Part shown: positions 19,626 through 29,769 of the stretch, one piece after another
Layout: every line of letters starts with the position of its first letter
How positions within the stretch are numbered: position 1 is the first letter of the stretch
Origin: Cyanophyceae cyanobacterium
GTDB taxonomy: Bacteria; Cyanobacteriota; Cyanobacteriia; Cyanobacteriales; JBHJGN01
Length of the DNA: 64,000 nucleotides
Assembly (NCBI GenBank): GCA_050331735.1
Contig: JBHJGN010000011.1
Coordinates: 64,001 to 128,000 of the forward strand
Reading direction: 5' to 3'
The notes under the pieces: generated by a model
Told to the model about the DNA's origin: nothing
Seen by the model: only the letters and a program-made list of their open reading frames with translations
Database searches by the model: none
Position numbers and translations under genes: made by a program

Positions 19626-20942
19626 ATGGTTTTTAAATCTCAAACAGCTATCGGAGATAAGCCAAGCCAAACAGAAAATATCGTTATTTCAGTAGAAAAC
19701 GTTTCTAAAAAATTTTGCCGAAACTTAAAATACTCTTTGTTCTATGGCGTTAAAGATATTGCCGCAGAAATGCTGGGCAAATCTCGCCACAGTGATTCCC
19801 TACGTCCTCAAGAATTCTGGGCATTGAAAGACGTTAGTTTTCAGTTGAAGCGGGGTGAAGCATTAGGATTAATCGGTGCCAATGGAGCCGGAAAAAGCAC
19901 CCTGCTACGGATTATTAGTGGCTTAATTAATCCCGACACCGGCTTGGTTAAAGTTAGCGGTAGGGTCGCTCCCTTAATTGCTTTAAGTGCCGGTTTTAAT
20001 CCTATCCTTACAGGGAGAGAAAACATCTACGCCAATATGTCGATTTTAGGTTTAGCTAAATCACAAATAGACAAAGTTTTTGACTCTGTGGTTGATTTTG
20101 CCGAACTTTGGGAGGCGATCGATGCCCCCGTACAGACCTATAGTTCAGGGATGTCAGCGAGATTAGGTTTTGCTTGTGCAATTCATGTTGAACCAGAAAT
20201 TTTACTGATTGATGAGGTTTTATCAGTTGGCGATATCGAATTTAGGATGAAATGTCATCAAAGGCTAGCAAAACTGCGAGAGAAGGGAACAGCTTTTGTG
20301 TTGGTTTCCCATAATTCCCACAGTATTTTGAATATCTGCGATTCCTCAATTTATTTGCAGAAAGGTCAACTCATTGCCTCTGGTACAACCGAATCAGTCA
20401 TCGCTAAATACGAAGAAGATCTCGCGTATAGTACAGCCGAAAAACTAGAGAATAAATCAATTCTTAAATTGCCCGCTAAGTCTTCAGCAGACAGTTCTGG
20501 CTTAGACATCTTAGCGGTATTCTTTCGCGACTGCCAAGAAAATATTGTAGATAATCCTTTCTCTGGTCAACCGATCGCTTTATGTGTTCAATGTAAATCT
20601 GGCCGACACATTGATAATCTCAATTTGGGAGTTAAAGTGAGGAAGATTTTAGGAGAACAAGATTTAGTTTTGTATCTCACTGCTGCTAGCGATCGCTGTC
20701 TTCTCGCAGTGTCTCCAGGTATCGTAGAAATTCGCATTAATATGCCCTATTGTGGTTTGGCTCCTGGTAAATACACATCTCGGATTTATCTGAGAAGTGG
20801 AGTCTGCTCCTTCGATATCATTGAGTCTTTTCGGTTTACGGTTAAAACAGCCGAAGTTATTAGTCAATGCTTGTTTTATCAACCTCGAACTTGGGACGTG
20901 GTATCAGCGCCGTCTCTCAAGTTTATTAGCAATCCTAAATGA
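19626..20942 (+). CDS. wzt: ABC polysaccharide export ATPase with C-terminal Wzt_C domain
   Basis: FWALKDVSF, Walker A GANGAGKST, YSSGMSARLGF signature, LLIDEVLSVGD, VSH. C-terminal Ig-like extension. Confidence 0.93.
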   Translation: MVFKSQTAIGDKPSQTENIVISVENVSKKFCRNLKYSLFYGVKDIAAEMLGKSRHSDSLRPQEFWALKDVSFQLKRGEALGLIGANGAGKSTLLRIISGLINPDTGLVKVSGRVAPLIALSAGFNPILTGRENIYANMSILGLAKSQIDKVFDSVVDFAELWEAIDAPVQTYSSGMSARLGFACAIHVEPEILLIDEVLSVGDIEFRMKCHQRLAKLREKGTAFVLVSHNSHSILNICDSSIYLQKGQLIASGTTESVIAKYEEDLAYSTAEKLENKSILKLPAKSSADSSGLDILAVFFRDCQENIVDNPFSGQPIALCVQCKSGRHIDNLNLGVKVRKILGEQDLVLYLTAASDRCLLAVSPGIVEIRINMPYCGLAPGKYTSRIYLRSGVCSFDIIESFRFTVKTAEVISQCLFYQPRTWDVVSAPSLKFISNPK

Positions 20943-21009
20943 TTTATGAGAATTTCTCCTGCCTCAAAACGAAAAACTCTGTACCTCATCAAGATGAGAA
21001 CTTCTATAC

Positions 21010-22329
21010 ATGAGCAATTTATTAACTACTGACTCTCAAAAAAAAGCTAGTTTTAAAATTGCTGTTATTGTCGGTAAATTTCCCGTTCTTTCAGAAACTT
21101 TTATCCTCAATCAGATCGGGGGGTTGCTTGAGCGAGGGCATCAGGTTGATATTTATGCTTTAGAAGGGTATTCAGGCGAAAAAAAAGTTCATCCGATTGT
21201 AAGTCACTATCAACTACTAGAGCGAGCCAGGTATGTTGCCTCCGTTCCCGACAATTTCGGCTGTCGCTGCTTAAAAGCTTTACAGTTATTTATCCTTAAA
21301 GGTTGGAAAAAACCTTTGACGATTCTAAAATCTCTGAATGTTTTGAAATACGGTAAGCAAGCGGCATCCTTGCGTCTTTTCTATAGTACAACCGCGTTTC
21401 TAGAGCAACGGAATTACGATATCGTTCACTGTCAATTTGGTGTTTATGCCGTGCAGGGTAAATATCCTGAAGACCCCGGCGTTTTAGTCTTGCGATCGCT
21501 AGGCTTGCTGCGGGGAAAACTAATTACTGCCTTTCGCGGTTGGGATATTAGCTGGTACGTTAAACAACAGGGCGAAGATGTCTACACTCAATTATTTCAA
21601 CTCGGTGATTTCTTTCTCACTAACTGCCACTTCTTTGGCGATCGCGTCATTAAACTAGGCTGTCAGCCTGAAAAGGTCGCCGTTCTGGGTTCTGGTATTG
21701 ATTTAGCTAAATTTGTCTATAAACCTCGTCAGTTTCCTGCTGATGGTCAGGTGCGCTTAGCCACAACCGGACGTTTAGTTGAAAAAAAAGGGATTGAATA
21801 TAGTATCCGTGCTGTTGCGACTCTGATCGAGCAGTACCCAAATATCGAGTACAACATCATCGGTGATGGCTGCTTACGCCAAGAATTACAGCAACTGATC
21901 GCCGATTTGGGAATCGGCAACCACGTCAAACTCTTAGGGTGGCGACAGCAAGGGGAAATTATCAGGATTCTAGATCGTTCTCATCTCTTTCTGGCTCCCT
22001 GCGTGACGGCACAGGATGGCAACCAAGATGCCCCAGTAAACACTTTAAAAGAGGCCATGCTGATGGGATTACCTGTCATTTCGACCAATCACGGAGGCAT
22101 CCCAGAGTTAGTACAGGATGGGGTGTCGGGGTATCTAGTGCCAGAAAGAGACGCTCAGGCGATCGCCGATCGATTGCAGTATCTTCTACAAAATTCCCAG
22201 CTTTGGCCAGTCCTAGGACAACAAGGCAGACAAGCTGTGGAACAGCACTACGATATCAATCAATTAAACGATGAATTAGTCAGCATTTATCATCAGGTAC
22301 AGCGATCTTATCCCATTTACCGAAAGTAG
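21010..22329 (+). CDS. WcaL/AmsK-like GT4 glycosyltransferase
   Basis: FPVLSETFILNQI, VHCQFG, FRGWDIS, GRLVEKKG, DGNQDAPVNTLKEAM. Confidence 0.88.
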   Translation: MSNLLTTDSQKKASFKIAVIVGKFPVLSETFILNQIGGLLERGHQVDIYALEGYSGEKKVHPIVSHYQLLERARYVASVPDNFGCRCLKALQLFILKGWKKPLTILKSLNVLKYGKQAASLRLFYSTTAFLEQRNYDIVHCQFGVYAVQGKYPEDPGVLVLRSLGLLRGKLITAFRGWDISWYVKQQGEDVYTQLFQLGDFFLTNCHFFGDRVIKLGCQPEKVAVLGSGIDLAKFVYKPRQFPADGQVRLATTGRLVEKKGIEYSIRAVATLIEQYPNIEYNIIGDGCLRQELQQLIADLGIGNHVKLLGWRQQGEIIRILDRSHLFLAPCVTAQDGNQDAPVNTLKEAMLMGLPVISTNHGGIPELVQDGVSGYLVPERDAQAIADRLQYLLQNSQLWPVLGQQGRQAVEQHYDINQLNDELVSIYHQVQRSYPIYRK

Positions 22330-22422
22330 TCAGATAGTTCCTTAGACTAACCAGGAATTGGAGGTTCAAGGGCAAAGAGCTGCTGTGCTTCCCTTTACCC
22401 TTGACCCCTTCCCCTTTCCCCC
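22322..22422 (+). repeat. Dispersed repeat family 2, copy 1 (67-bp core plus pyrimidine heptamer tail)
   Basis: 22322-22388 matches 33372-33438 at 54/67 positions and is followed by CCCTTTA/CCCTTGA/CCCCTTC heptamers. Confidence 0.75.
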
Positions 22423-22586
22423 AACTCATCAAGTCTCCTATTACTTTTTCTAATTGGTATTAAATTCCCTCAGCCAAAGGATTTTCAAAACGAAACCCGA
22501 TCCCTTTTCTTAAATTTGCCGGACACAGCTATTAACAGCAAACAAGGATATCAATTTGTTCCTCATGAATCTGAGAGTGGCTAGAG

Positions 22587-24197
22587 ATGAACAAAATTAA
22601 TCGCCGCACAACGTCACGCCCTAGGGATGAAAAACAGTCCAAGGATCGCTTCCCCATTTTTGGCATTTTTTATCTGACCGCCTTGCATCTAGAAATATCC
22701 CAGGGCTGGAAATCTCCTGCAATAGGTTTGGTGAGTTTGGTTTTATTACTGGTAATTGTTTATAGTAAAATCAATCTTTTAAAGTTTTGCTTGTTTATTG
22801 TTCTAGATACGGCTTATTACTTATTCTTTCACTTCCCGGAAGTTGCTAATCACGTCAACTTAATTATTTTTTGTAACCTGAGTATGCTCTGCGTCGCTAT
22901 CTATAGCTGGCTCAGTCCTTCTCGCTCTCTAGAACAGTATTACCAGGCGATCGCCTCACCGTTAAGAATGTCGCTCATCGTCGTTTATATTGGCGCGGGA
23001 TTTCACAAACTCAATCAAGATTTTCTTAACCCTTATGTTTCCTGTTCTCACTCTATGTTGGCAGAGATTATTGAGATGTTATCTTCTACCCTTGTTAGAA
23101 TTCCAATCTTGCTCATTCTCGGTGCGATCTCACTGCTTTTTATTAAAAAAATCATCCCCAAAAACTGGGTTAGAAAGGGTCGCGGCAGTAAATTTTTCTT
23201 GATCAGCTTAGGACTTCTAGTTGCTTTAATAACGTTTGTAGGAGCAATATACTACTTTAATAAAGCTCACCTATTTTTTTTAACATTTGTCTTAGCAACT
23301 TCAATGATGGTGCTATTTTGGGAATTACTGGGGGGAATGCTGCTATTTTTTCCTCGCTGGCAGGCAAGTATGTTTTTCTTGTCGATGTTGATGCACCTCA
23401 TTTTGTCTCCCATTGGTTTTGTTGACTTTGGCTCTTTAGCCTTTGCCCTTTGGCTAACTTTTATTCCCAATCACTACTGGCTGCTGAGCGAAACAATTAA
23501 TATTCCGCTGGTTGCATCAGTCGATCGTTCCTTATTCTATGTCTCGATCAATGTATTCGGTGGCTTAATTGGAGAAATTTACTATTTTGTCAATCCCAAC
23601 TTCAACCTGCAAGCGTTTATTGGGATTTTATTTATCGCCTCAGTCTTCATCGTGATTGCTCCTCTCGTTAAAAAACTACTGGCTGATCCTCATTCATGGC
23701 AAGGCGTTAGAGTCATTAACAGTAAAATGCCAAAATTCATGTATCTCTTCGTCGCAGCACTGATTATCTACGCAGCAACTTCCTATTTAGGACTGCGCAC
23801 GGCGGGAAATTTTTCCATGTTTAGCAATCTGCGTACAGAAGGAGAAACTAGTAACCACCTATTGCTCAGTCATCACCCTTTCAAAATCTGGAACTATCAA
23901 GAAGATGTTGTAAAAGTGATCGAGATTGACGATCGCAAAGCCAAAGTCGGCCATAAATATCGTCCTCTTAAAGACCATTACTTACCTGTCGTTGAATTTA
24001 GAAAACTAATTTACAAATGGACCCAAGCCGGATATACAGTTCCCCTTGTCTTTGAGTATGGCGATCGCACTTATAGGACTGCCGATATTGTGAACGATCC
24101 CGTATGGCGCACTCCCAAACGGAATTGGGAAATGGCGTTAATGGATTTTCGCGTTATCCAACCCGACAACGGCGAGCCTAATTACTGTCGCTGGTAA
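22587..24197 (+). CDS. Multi-pass membrane protein, HTTM / vitamin-K-dependent carboxylase-like
   Basis: Multi-TM protein with ANHVNL, YIGAGFHKLNQDF, WELLGG..LLFFPR, MHL and NFSMFSNLRTE motifs, followed by a soluble C-terminal domain. Family assignment is by motif resemblance. Confidence 0.55.
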   Translation: MNKINRRTTSRPRDEKQSKDRFPIFGIFYLTALHLEISQGWKSPAIGLVSLVLLLVIVYSKINLLKFCLFIVLDTAYYLFFHFPEVANHVNLIIFCNLSMLCVAIYSWLSPSRSLEQYYQAIASPLRMSLIVVYIGAGFHKLNQDFLNPYVSCSHSMLAEIIEMLSSTLVRIPILLILGAISLLFIKKIIPKNWVRKGRGSKFFLISLGLLVALITFVGAIYYFNKAHLFFLTFVLATSMMVLFWELLGGMLLFFPRWQASMFFLSMLMHLILSPIGFVDFGSLAFALWLTFIPNHYWLLSETINIPLVASVDRSLFYVSINVFGGLIGEIYYFVNPNFNLQAFIGILFIASVFIVIAPLVKKLLADPHSWQGVRVINSKMPKFMYLFVAALIIYAATSYLGLRTAGNFSMFSNLRTEGETSNHLLLSHHPFKIWNYQEDVVKVIEIDDRKAKVGHKYRPLKDHYLPVVEFRKLIYKWTQAGYTVPLVFEYGDRTYRTADIVNDPVWRTPKRNWEMALMDFRVIQPDNGEPNYCRW

Positions 24198-24213
24198 TTG
24201 AAGTCAGGTGTTA

Positions 24214-25683
24214 ATGAACAGCAATCACTTACCCAAACCCCACCGTCGTCAATTTATTATCGGTCCATCGCCCTTATCTATCCATGAAAATTGGCAGTAT
24301 CGGTCATTAAATAATGGTTGGATTTCCTATTGTCCGGAACTAAGAATCAGTTGGAGTAAAGATCGCAATGGAATAGAGTGGGGATTGATCGGGTTAGCAG
24401 TAGAAACCCGCTCAGCAATTGACCCTAAGGAGCAAATTTCCCAGGCAACAACGGCGCAGGTTATTCACCGTTACGCTAGCTGGGCTGGACGGTGGTTATT
24501 AGTTGGAAATCGAGAGATCCATTTAGATGCCAATGGTTTGTTGGGCTGTTTTTATGGAATGCAATCGGCAGATTGGGTATCTAGTAGTCCGGCGTTAATT
24601 TCACAGGCTCTTAAAACCGCTGCTAAAGACGAGCGCTGTTTGAAGTATGGTCAAGGAATTTCTTGGTATACCCCGCCCTACTCAGGTTTCAAACAGATTA
24701 ACAGACTTTTGCCCAGTCAAATTCTTAACTTCACCACAGGCGAAATCAGCCCTCGCCCCTTAATGCCCAAGATTGATCAGAGTAACGTTAAACAAACGAT
24801 TACTTTAGTTAAAGAAACGTTAGTAACCGCCCTCCAAAACCTAGGCACTCAACAGCAGCCCCTCTGGTTAGGGTTAACTGCGGGGTACGACTCCCGTTTG
24901 ATGCTGGCGATCGCCCGCCAAGCCAACATCAAATTTACGACCTTTACAAGAGTGGCGGAGCGTATGTCTGTAGCCGATCGGATCTTACCTCCCAAGCTAG
25001 CCAAGCAGTGCCAAGTTCCTCATCTGTTTCTGCGTCACAAACCTCCCCCAGAACAACTAGCCAGAAAGCAGCTAGTCCAGCAACACTGTGCTAGTCATGT
25101 TTCTCCAGGAGATGCCGAGCCTTTTGTGATGAGAGTGCGGGAAGGTTTAGCGGGAATTTCCTTTGGCGGACACGGCTGGGCGATCGCCAGTGGGTTTCAT
25201 ACTCTGCGCCAGTTGCCCAAAAACTTTGCCTCTCCCCACGAAGGAGCGCTACAGATAGCAAAATTATTTAACGAACCTGCCCACTCCTCAGCCGTCGCTG
25301 GAATGATGACCTGGTTAACTTGGGTCCAGTCCCATCCCCAACCCGATTTAGACTGGCGTGATCGCTTTTTTCTCGAACAACGACAGGCTGGCTGGCTAAG
25401 CAGCAAAGAGCAAGTGTACGATTTGACATCCCTCACGCGATTTCCGATTCTCAATGCTGCTCGCACCTATGCTCTCTTACTCAGCATTCCTGAAGCCCAA
25501 AGGCTCGGTTCACTGGTCCAAATCGCCCTCCTCGAACAACTCGCTCCAGAATTACTCACCTATCCTTTTAATCCTCCTGATGATTCTTTCCCGCGTTGGC
25601 TCAAAGTAGCGGTCAAAATGCGGGATCGTCCTCAATATTTATCCTGGTGGATTAAACAGAAATTGTCATTCGCCAAGTGCTAG
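24214..25683 (+). CDS. Asparagine-synthetase-like (adenylating amide ligase) protein lacking the N-terminal glutaminase Cys
   Basis: LGLTAGYDSR (PP-loop SGGLDS-like), WAGRW, LDANGLLGCFY, INRLLPSQIL, FGGHGWAIASGF, RFPILN...LLLSIP. Confidence 0.72.
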   Translation: MNSNHLPKPHRRQFIIGPSPLSIHENWQYRSLNNGWISYCPELRISWSKDRNGIEWGLIGLAVETRSAIDPKEQISQATTAQVIHRYASWAGRWLLVGNREIHLDANGLLGCFYGMQSADWVSSSPALISQALKTAAKDERCLKYGQGISWYTPPYSGFKQINRLLPSQILNFTTGEISPRPLMPKIDQSNVKQTITLVKETLVTALQNLGTQQQPLWLGLTAGYDSRLMLAIARQANIKFTTFTRVAERMSVADRILPPKLAKQCQVPHLFLRHKPPPEQLARKQLVQQHCASHVSPGDAEPFVMRVREGLAGISFGGHGWAIASGFHTLRQLPKNFASPHEGALQIAKLFNEPAHSSAVAGMMTWLTWVQSHPQPDLDWRDRFFLEQRQAGWLSSKEQVYDLTSLTRFPILNAARTYALLLSIPEAQRLGSLVQIALLEQLAPELLTYPFNPPDDSFPRWLKVAVKMRDRPQYLSWWIKQKLSFAKC

Positions 25684-25782
25684 CGTTTAGGAAACCTTTA
25701 ATCAACGGAGCGAGCAATTTTGAACTCTTGTCCATTAAGATTGTTCAGAACAACGCATTCACCGTTCGGAATTTATCAGGAC

Positions 25783-28263
25783 ATGATCTCGCCGATTTCC
25801 CGCCCACAAATCCCCTCCTGTGCCTGGAAACGCTCTCTTGGCTTAGGGTGGGACAACCCCTATACGGTACGCCGAGCAGATAACCTCGATGACGGTCCTT
25901 GGCACGGCATGCCCCTCGGAGGCTTTGGAGCAGGATGTATCGGGCGATCGCCGCGAGGAGATTTCAACCTCTGGCATCTCGACGGTGGCGAACATATCTT
26001 TCGCTCGCTTCCGGCCTGTCAGTTTAGCGTATTTGAGCAGCCAGAGGGGGGACCGGCTCAAGCCTACGCCCTGTGTACTGAGCCGCCCACCGATGGAACC
26101 TTGTCCCGCTGGGCCTGGTATCCTCCTGGGCAGGGAACCTACGCCGCTCTCTACCCCCGGAGCTGGTTTGAGTACACAGGAGTGTTTCAAACCGAGCTAA
26201 CCTGCACTCAATTTTCTCCCGTCTGGGCAAATTGCTACCAGGAAACTAGCTATCCTGTCGCGGTATTTGAATGGACCGCCCACAATCCCACCGAGCGACC
26301 GATTACTCTCAGCATCATGCTGACGTGGCAAAATACGGTCGGGTGGTTTACCAACGCGATTAAATCTCCCCAGATACGGGTGCGCGACGATGGCAGTCCC
26401 GAATACGACTATCAGCCCCGCTGGGGAGACAGCACCGGAAATTTCAATCAGTGGATTGTTGACAATTACCGCGTTGGCTGCCTGCTCAATCGAGTCCAGC
26501 TTCACGAGCAGATTCAGGAGGGAGAAGGACAAATCGCCCTTGCCAGCGTCACAAATCCGAGCGTAGAAACGTTCTACTTAAGCCGCTGGAATCCTCAAGG
26601 AGAAGGCGGCGAGGTCTGGGACTCCTTTGCCGCCAACGGCTCGCTACCGGATCGAGAAGATGAAACCCCTGCCGCCCCGGTCGAACAAATTGCGGCGGCG
26701 ATCGCCCTGCGGTTAACGATTCGCCCCGGTAAAACCCGTAAAATTCCGTTTATCCTCGCCTGGGATTTTCCGATTACCGAATTTGCCCCCGGAGTGCAAT
26801 ACTATCGTCGCTACACCGATTTCTTCGGTCGTTCGGGTCAGAATGCCTGGTCAGTGGTCAAGACGGCTCTCAAGCACAGCGACCTCTGGCAAGAACGGAT
26901 TGAAGCTTGGCAAACCCCCATTTTGCAGCAGAAGCTCCCAGACTGGTTGAAAATGGCGCTGTTTAATGAGCTGTATCTCCTCACCGACGGCGGCACTCTC
27001 TGGACCGCCGCTACTGAAGCCGATCCGGTGGGTCAGTTTGGTGTGCTAGAGTGCCTCGACTACCGCTGGTACGAAAGCCTCGATGTGCGGCTTTATGGTT
27101 CATTTGCCCTAGCCATGCTGTGGCCGAAGCTAGATAAAGCCGTCTTAGAAGCCTTTGCCAGAGCCATTCCGACTGGCGACGCGACTCCCCGCACCATCGG
27201 CTACAATGGAGCCACCGCCATTCGTAAAGCGGCTGGGGCCACTCCCCACGACCTCGGGGCCCCCAACGAGCATCCCTGGGAGAAAACCAACTACACCAGC
27301 TACCAAGACTGCAATCAGTGGAAAGACTTGGCCTGCGATTTTGTGCTTCAGGTTTATCGAGACTTCGTGTTTACCGGAGCGCAGGACACCGAGTTCCTTT
27401 GGGAATGCTGGTCGGCGATTACCCAAAGCCTCGACTACCTCCAACAGTTTGACCGCGATGGCGATGGCATTCCCGAAAATTCAGGAGCACCCGATCAAAC
27501 CTTTGATGACTGGCGCTTACAGGGAGTGAGTGCCTACTGCGGGGGCTTGTGGATTGCGGCCCTCGAAGCCGCTGTGGCGATCGCCTCTGTGTTGCTCGAC
27601 CACCCACCCCAAAACCCGCAACACCAGCCGGACAACTATCCTCATGCTGTACAGGCAGCCGTCACCACCTATCAAGGCTGGCTAGCAGAAGCCAGAAAGA
27701 TCTATCAAACATTGTGGAATGGCCAATACTACCGTCTCGATAGCCGCAGTGGTTCGGAGGTTGTCATGGCCGATCAGCTCTGCGGTCAGTTCTATACGCA
27801 AACGTTAGGACTCCCTAACGTAGTAGAACGCAAGTATGCAGAAGCGGCGCTGCGGGAAATTTACAATGCCTGCTTTCTCAAGTTCAACGACGGCAACCTA
27901 GGAGCAGCTAATGGCCTGATGAGCGATGGGTCTCCAGAAAACCCTAACGCCACTCATCCTTTGGAAGTGTGGACAGGCATTAACTTTGGTTTAGCGGCAT
28001 TCATGATTCAGATGGGAATGAAAGACGAGGCGTTTACCCTTGCCCAAGCCGTTGTTCAGCAAATTTACGACCGTGGTTTACAGTTCCGCACTCCCGAAGC
28101 CATTACCGCCGTCGGCACGTTCCGTGCCTCCCACTACCTACGGGCGATGGCAATTTGGAGCATTTATCAAGCTTTAACTTCTCTGTCGCTCCGCGACGGG
28201 AAAAGGGGAAGCGCCTGCGGCGCGGGGGAAAGGGAAAAGGGGAAGGGGGAAAGGGAGGGTTAG
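25783..28263 (+). CDS. GH116 family glycoside hydrolase (non-lysosomal glucosylceramidase-like)
   Basis: GMPLGGFGAGCIGR, LECLDYRWYESLDV, PHDLGAP, PDQTFDDW, EVWTGINF, FRTPEA, HYLRAMAIW. The last ~25 aa are read from a repeat element. Confidence 0.93.
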   Translation: MISPISRPQIPSCAWKRSLGLGWDNPYTVRRADNLDDGPWHGMPLGGFGAGCIGRSPRGDFNLWHLDGGEHIFRSLPACQFSVFEQPEGGPAQAYALCTEPPTDGTLSRWAWYPPGQGTYAALYPRSWFEYTGVFQTELTCTQFSPVWANCYQETSYPVAVFEWTAHNPTERPITLSIMLTWQNTVGWFTNAIKSPQIRVRDDGSPEYDYQPRWGDSTGNFNQWIVDNYRVGCLLNRVQLHEQIQEGEGQIALASVTNPSVETFYLSRWNPQGEGGEVWDSFAANGSLPDREDETPAAPVEQIAAAIALRLTIRPGKTRKIPFILAWDFPITEFAPGVQYYRRYTDFFGRSGQNAWSVVKTALKHSDLWQERIEAWQTPILQQKLPDWLKMALFNELYLLTDGGTLWTAATEADPVGQFGVLECLDYRWYESLDVRLYGSFALAMLWPKLDKAVLEAFARAIPTGDATPRTIGYNGATAIRKAAGATPHDLGAPNEHPWEKTNYTSYQDCNQWKDLACDFVLQVYRDFVFTGAQDTEFLWECWSAITQSLDYLQQFDRDGDGIPENSGAPDQTFDDWRLQGVSAYCGGLWIAALEAAVAIASVLLDHPPQNPQHQPDNYPHAVQAAVTTYQGWLAEARKIYQTLWNGQYYRLDSRSGSEVVMADQLCGQFYTQTLGLPNVVERKYAEAALREIYNACFLKFNDGNLGAANGLMSDGSPENPNATHPLEVWTGINFGLAAFMIQMGMKDEAFTLAQAVVQQIYDRGLQFRTPEAITAVGTFRASHYLRAMAIWSIYQALTSLSLRDGKRGSACGAGEREKGKGEREG

Positions 28264-28357
28264 AAAGTTTGTTCCTTAGTCCTGTGTTCTTTCCCCGTCC
28301 CGCCAGGGACAGATTTCCCTTTCCCCCTTCCCCGTCCCGCCAGGGACAGTTTCCCCG
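28185..28357 (+). repeat. Dispersed repeat family 1, copy A (purine arm - 41-bp core - pyrimidine arm with mini-hairpins)
   Basis: Core GGGTTAGAAAGTTTGTTCCTTAGTCCTGTGTTCTTTCCCCG at 28257-28297 is shared with copies B and C. Confidence 0.88.
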
Positions 28358-28815
28358 TTCCAAACTTAACTTTTCATCAAGACTGTACTCTATAATGCAT
28401 TTACTTTTGAATAGCCTTGATAATCTAAAGCGGTTAGAAAAATCCTGCTGTCTCTACAATGGAACTACTGACTTTGTCAAATTGTGCCAACAAGCTCTGA
28501 AGAGTAACCTTCTCAAGTAACTTTACAAAAGTTCATTAACTACTATATATTGGGTAAGATTCAAAGCCAATCAAGCAGCAATCAACCTAACAAAAGAAAG
28601 AGGCTGAGCAAAATAGAGCGGTTTTTGAAAAGCGTGAGGGGCATCATGTAGTCGTCGTAAAGTTACTGGTCATTGGCCATCAACAAATAACTAGTCTGTC
28701 AGCCTGTCCCTTCAGCTAACAAACAACAGCGACAAATTTAAGCTCGACCATCCACTCCCTTACTTTTGCAGTTTCCTCTCACCACACCAACCCCGTTACG
28801 ATTGGACTCCACGTC

Positions 28816-29769
28816 ATGAAAACTGAAAGAAATACTGACACGGTTCGGCTCTATTTGAAGGAGATCGGTCGCGTTCCTCTGCTGACTCATGAGGAGGAAA
28901 TTCTCTACGCTAAGCAGGTACAGCGGCTCATTGCCCTGGAAAACCTTAGAGATTCCCTTCAGGAAAATCTGGGAACAGAACCGACTCACAGCCAGTGGGC
29001 AGAGGCAGCTCAGATGACTGAAGCTCAATTGCTCTCTAGTATTCAGGCTGGTCAGGTATCAAAGCGGAAGATGATTGAGGCCAACCTGCGGTTAGTAGTA
29101 TCGGTTGCTAAAAAATATCTCAAGCGCAATCTCGATCTGCTGGACTTAATTCAAGAAGGGACGATTGGAATGCAGCGAGGCGTTGAGAAGTTTGACCCGA
29201 CCAAAGGCTATCGGTTTTCTACCTATGCCTACTGGTGGATACGCCAGGCGATTACGAGAGCGATCGCTGAAAAAAGCCGTACCATTCGTCTGCCCATTCA
29301 CATCACCGAAAAACTCAACAAAATCAAAAAAGCCCAGCGGCAGATCTCCCAAGAAAAAGGGCGAGCCGCTACCGTGGCAGAACTGGCTCAGGAGCTAGAT
29401 TTATCTCCTAAACAGGTTCGGGAATACCTTGAAAGAGCCCGTCAGCCTCTTTCCCTAGATTTAAGAGTCGGAGAAAACAGCGATACAGAACTAGGAGAAC
29501 TGCTCGAAGACACCGAGCAATCACCAGAAGACTACGTAGCCCACTCTTCCCTACAGCTCGATCTCCAAGAACTCATGGTCGATCTCACCCCCCAACAGCG
29601 GGAAGTTCTGACCCTACGCTACGGATTAACCGACGGCAAGCCGCTGACCCTAGCCAAAATTGGAGCCAGGCTCAATATCAGTCGCGAGCGAGTGCGGCAG
29701 ATAGAAAGAGAAGCCATTTTAAAGCTTCGCAAACGCAAAGCAGATATGAGGGAATATTTGGCGAGTTAA
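28816..29769 (+). CDS. sigD: Group 2 RNA polymerase sigma factor SigD
   Basis: [68 protein letters not shown]-terminal EYLAS; resembles cyanobacterial SigD. Confidence 0.88.
   Translation: MKTERNTDTVRLYLKEIGRVPLLTHEEEILYAKQVQRLIALENLRDSLQENLGTEPTHSQWAEAAQMTEAQLLSSIQAGQVSKRKMIEANLRLVVSVAKKYLKRNLDLLDLIQEGTIGMQRGVEKFDPTKGYRFSTYAYWWIRQAITRAIAEKSRTIRLPIHITEKLNKIKKAQRQISQEKGRAATVAELAQELDLSPKQVREYLERARQPLSLDLRVGENSDTELGELLEDTEQSPEDYVAHSSLQLDLQELMVDLTPQQREVLTLRYGLTDGKPLTLAKIGARLNISRERVRQIEREAILKLRKRKADMREYLAS

Noticed and set aside
24214..25683. Lasso-peptide cyclase (AsnB-like protein lacking Cys1)
   Set aside because: No precursor peptide, RRE/PqqD or B2 protease is nearby, and the context is glycan export.
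28103..28520. ORFs over repeat elements (also 29766-29966, 31453-31773, 40674-40947)
   Set aside because: Their G/K/E- and P/F-rich similarity comes purely from translating the shared repeat.
28520..28540. RpaB HLR1 site upstream of sigD
   Set aside because: Only one good half-site (TTTACAAA); the second matches poorly.
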